Of a stretch of 24,783 nt of DNA, positions 23,277 through 24,783 are shown piece after piece; the stretch's first letter is position 1, and every line of letters starts with the position of its first letter. This stretch comes from Sphingobacteriaceae bacterium (lineage in GTDB: Bacteria > Bacteroidota > Bacteroidia > Sphingobacteriales > Sphingobacteriaceae), in contig DATGNG010000214.1 of NCBI GenBank assembly GCA_035306865.1, forward strand, positions 1-24,783, read 5' to 3'. Both the position numbers and the translations under genes were made by a program. The notes below the pieces were generated by a model, which saw only the letters and a program-made list of their open reading frames with translations, had not been told where the DNA came from and made no database searches.

Positions 23277-24062
23277 ATGCTGAGGCATACCGGTACCAAA
23301 CGAACATTCAGGCACAACCTGCAGTTGGCAACTTTTCTAAGTTTGGCTGCGGGCTTTGTCAATGCTGCTGGTTTAATGGCCTTTGCAGTGTTGACCACCA
23401 ATATCACAGGCCATGCTGCGACCTTTGCCGCAGATTTGACCCTGAATGATATGCGGGCAGTCAAAATGGCCGGGATGGGTCTGTTGCTGTTCCTCACCGG
23501 TGCTTTCTTTTCTGGTATTTACACCCGGTCCATGGGTCGGCACAAGCGTTTTGTTTATACAGTGCCGCTTTTGATTATGCTTTCCATTTTGGCTTATGTG
23601 GCCTTGTATGGTTATACCTATGATGGGAGTATGGAGAAAAGGGGTCACTTTGCGGGTAGCCTTTTGTTTGCTATGGGCATTCAGAACGCATTGGTTTCGG
23701 TTGTATCACATTCGGTGGTACGCACTACCCATCTTACCGGAATCATGACAGACTTTGGGATTGCGCTTGCCGATGCGGTTCGATCCCGTTTGAAACTCGG
23801 AAAGTTGTTGCGTCAGCGGCTGATATTGCATATCAATATTATTATTCCGTTTTTGATGGGAGGGGTGCTGGGCGCTTTTTCCTTTGCGGAATTTAGGTAT
23901 TATGCGTTTTTTATCCCGGCTGGAATCGTAATGTTTGTGATCTTTTTTGATGCTTTCCGGGTACGGGTTTTGCTGATCCGGCATCATTTTTTTCTGCGGA
24001 ATAGAAGGAGAGTGGCTGCAAGGAGGACCCGCATACAGCGGAAAGCTTCAGGAAAGAAATAA
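23277..24062 (+). CDS. YoaK / DUF1275 family membrane protein
   Basis: 261 aa. Motifs LSLAAGFVNA, TNITGH, LFLTGA, FAMGIQNA and RTTHLTGIMTD. Confidence 0.9.
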   Translation: MLRHTGTKRTFRHNLQLATFLSLAAGFVNAAGLMAFAVLTTNITGHAATFAADLTLNDMRAVKMAGMGLLLFLTGAFFSGIYTRSMGRHKRFVYTVPLLIMLSILAYVALYGYTYDGSMEKRGHFAGSLLFAMGIQNALVSVVSHSVVRTTHLTGIMTDFGIALADAVRSRLKLGKLLRQRLILHINIIIPFLMGGVLGAFSFAEFRYYAFFIPAGIVMFVIFFDAFRVRVLLIRHHFFLRNRRRVAARRTRIQRKASGKK

Positions 24063-24085
24063 TATATTTTTATTAGTTTTACATT

Positions 24086-24394
24086 ATGGAACAAAAACAA
24101 GAAAATCAATTGAATATTGAGCTGACCGAAGAGGTTGCTCAGGGAATATATTCCAATCTGGCCATCATTACGCATTCGAATACGGAATTTGTGCTTGATT
24201 TTATCCGTGTTATGCCTGGTTTGCCCAAAGCAACGGTCAAATCACGGATTATTCTGACCCCTGAGCATGCCAAGCGTTTTTTGCACGCTCTGGAAGACAA
24301 TCTGGATAAGTACGAAGCTACGCACGGGGAGATTGACAGCAAGGATGTACCACCCTTACCCATGAATTTTGGGGGGCCAACCGCGCAGGCCTAA
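24086..24394 (+). CDS. DUF3467 domain protein
   Basis: 102 aa. IEL.EEVAQGIYSNLAIITHS..EFVLDF..KSRIILTPEHAKR is the DUF3467 pattern. Confidence 0.9.
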   Translation: MEQKQENQLNIELTEEVAQGIYSNLAIITHSNTEFVLDFIRVMPGLPKATVKSRIILTPEHAKRFLHALEDNLDKYEATHGEIDSKDVPPLPMNFGGPTAQA

Positions 24395-24433
24395 TTTCAT
24401 TCGGCCTAATAACCCGTAAAATAGAATGTTCTG

Positions 24434-24527
24434 CTTGAGTACTTCTGAATATTCTACTTGAAGGTGAGTTCGGGTTTAATATCCTTTCCATATTTCTTAT
24501 CCCGAACTCACTTTACTTGAGTACTTC
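24434..24527. repeat. 12-bp direct repeat flanking an 11-bp inverted repeat between convergent genes
   Basis: CTTGAGTACTTC at 24434-24445 and 24516-24527. GTGAGTTCGGG (24464-24474) / CCCGAACTCAC (24501-24511) with a 26-nt spacer. Confidence 0.75.
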
Positions 24528-24783
24528 AAACAAGGCTTTGCCTTTGAGCAGGCATTCGTGGTACTCCATTTCGGCATCGGATTGCAGGGTGATCGCTCCT
24601 CCGGTGTGGAAGGAGAGATAGCCATTTTCTGCATTGTACAGAAGGGTGCGGATCACCACACTGAAATCAAAATTGCCCAGGGGGCTGAAGTAACCCAGTG
24701 CACCAGAATACACGCCCCTACGGCTATTCTCATATTGTTCTATAATTTCCATGGCCCTGACTTTGGGTGCGCCGGTCATGGAG
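24513..24783 (-). CDS. pabB: Aminodeoxychorismate synthase component I (3' part, truncated by window edge)
   Basis: SMTGAPKVRAMEII, RGVYSGALGY, FSVVIRT and GGAIT..S..E.E..K are chorismate-binding motifs. SMTGAPK favours PabB over TrpE (typically GT(L/V)SGAPK). Confidence 0.8.
   Translation of the reverse strand, partial: SMTGAPKVRAMEIIEQYENSRRGVYSGALGYFSPLGNFDFSVVIRTLLYNAENGYLSFHTGGAITLQSDAEMEYHECLLKGKALFEVLK

Noticed and set aside
24388-24410. GGCCTAAT repeated at 15-bp spacing after DUF3467
   Set aside because: An 8-bp repeat is too short to distinguish from chance or local slippage.

Overview
Chromosomal window from a Bacteroidota genome, most like Sphingobacteriaceae (TTTG-N19-20-TAnnTTTG promoters, DUF5683/DUF5684 genes, GldA-like ABC protein). 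It has five blocks. (1) 1-10368 (+): a trans-4-hydroxy-L-proline catabolic operon (3' end of a probable DHDPS-family deaminase, alpha-ketoglutarate semialdehyde dehydrogenase, Cys/Cys hydroxyproline epimerase, DadA-type dehydrogenase, OCD/mu-crystallin protein). It is followed by an exported DUF885 putative metallopeptidase, an APC permease and an exported S9 peptidase, and together these look like a collagen/hydroxyproline-peptide utilisation locus. (2) 10421-15097 (-): tightly coupled parA-parB-DUF5683-dapB-(DUF5684-lepB), with a divergent NADPH-dependent FMN reductase. (3) 15713-16734: a ~1 kb toxin-antitoxin islet. It holds an intact RelB/DinJ-RelE pair and, divergently, a 48-codon antitoxin-like ORF missing from the ORF track, with a perfect promoter and a possible toxin stub. 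(4) 16735-19211 (-): pth, rplY, prs and tRNA-Gln(UUG). (5) 19334-24783: GDPD lipoprotein, GldA-like ATPase, TPR protein, a low-GC hypothetical gene, M42 peptidase, YoaK, DUF3467 and the 3' end of pabB. I recognised no transposase, integrase, CRISPR array or parS site. All family calls come from motif recognition by eye, not from database searches.
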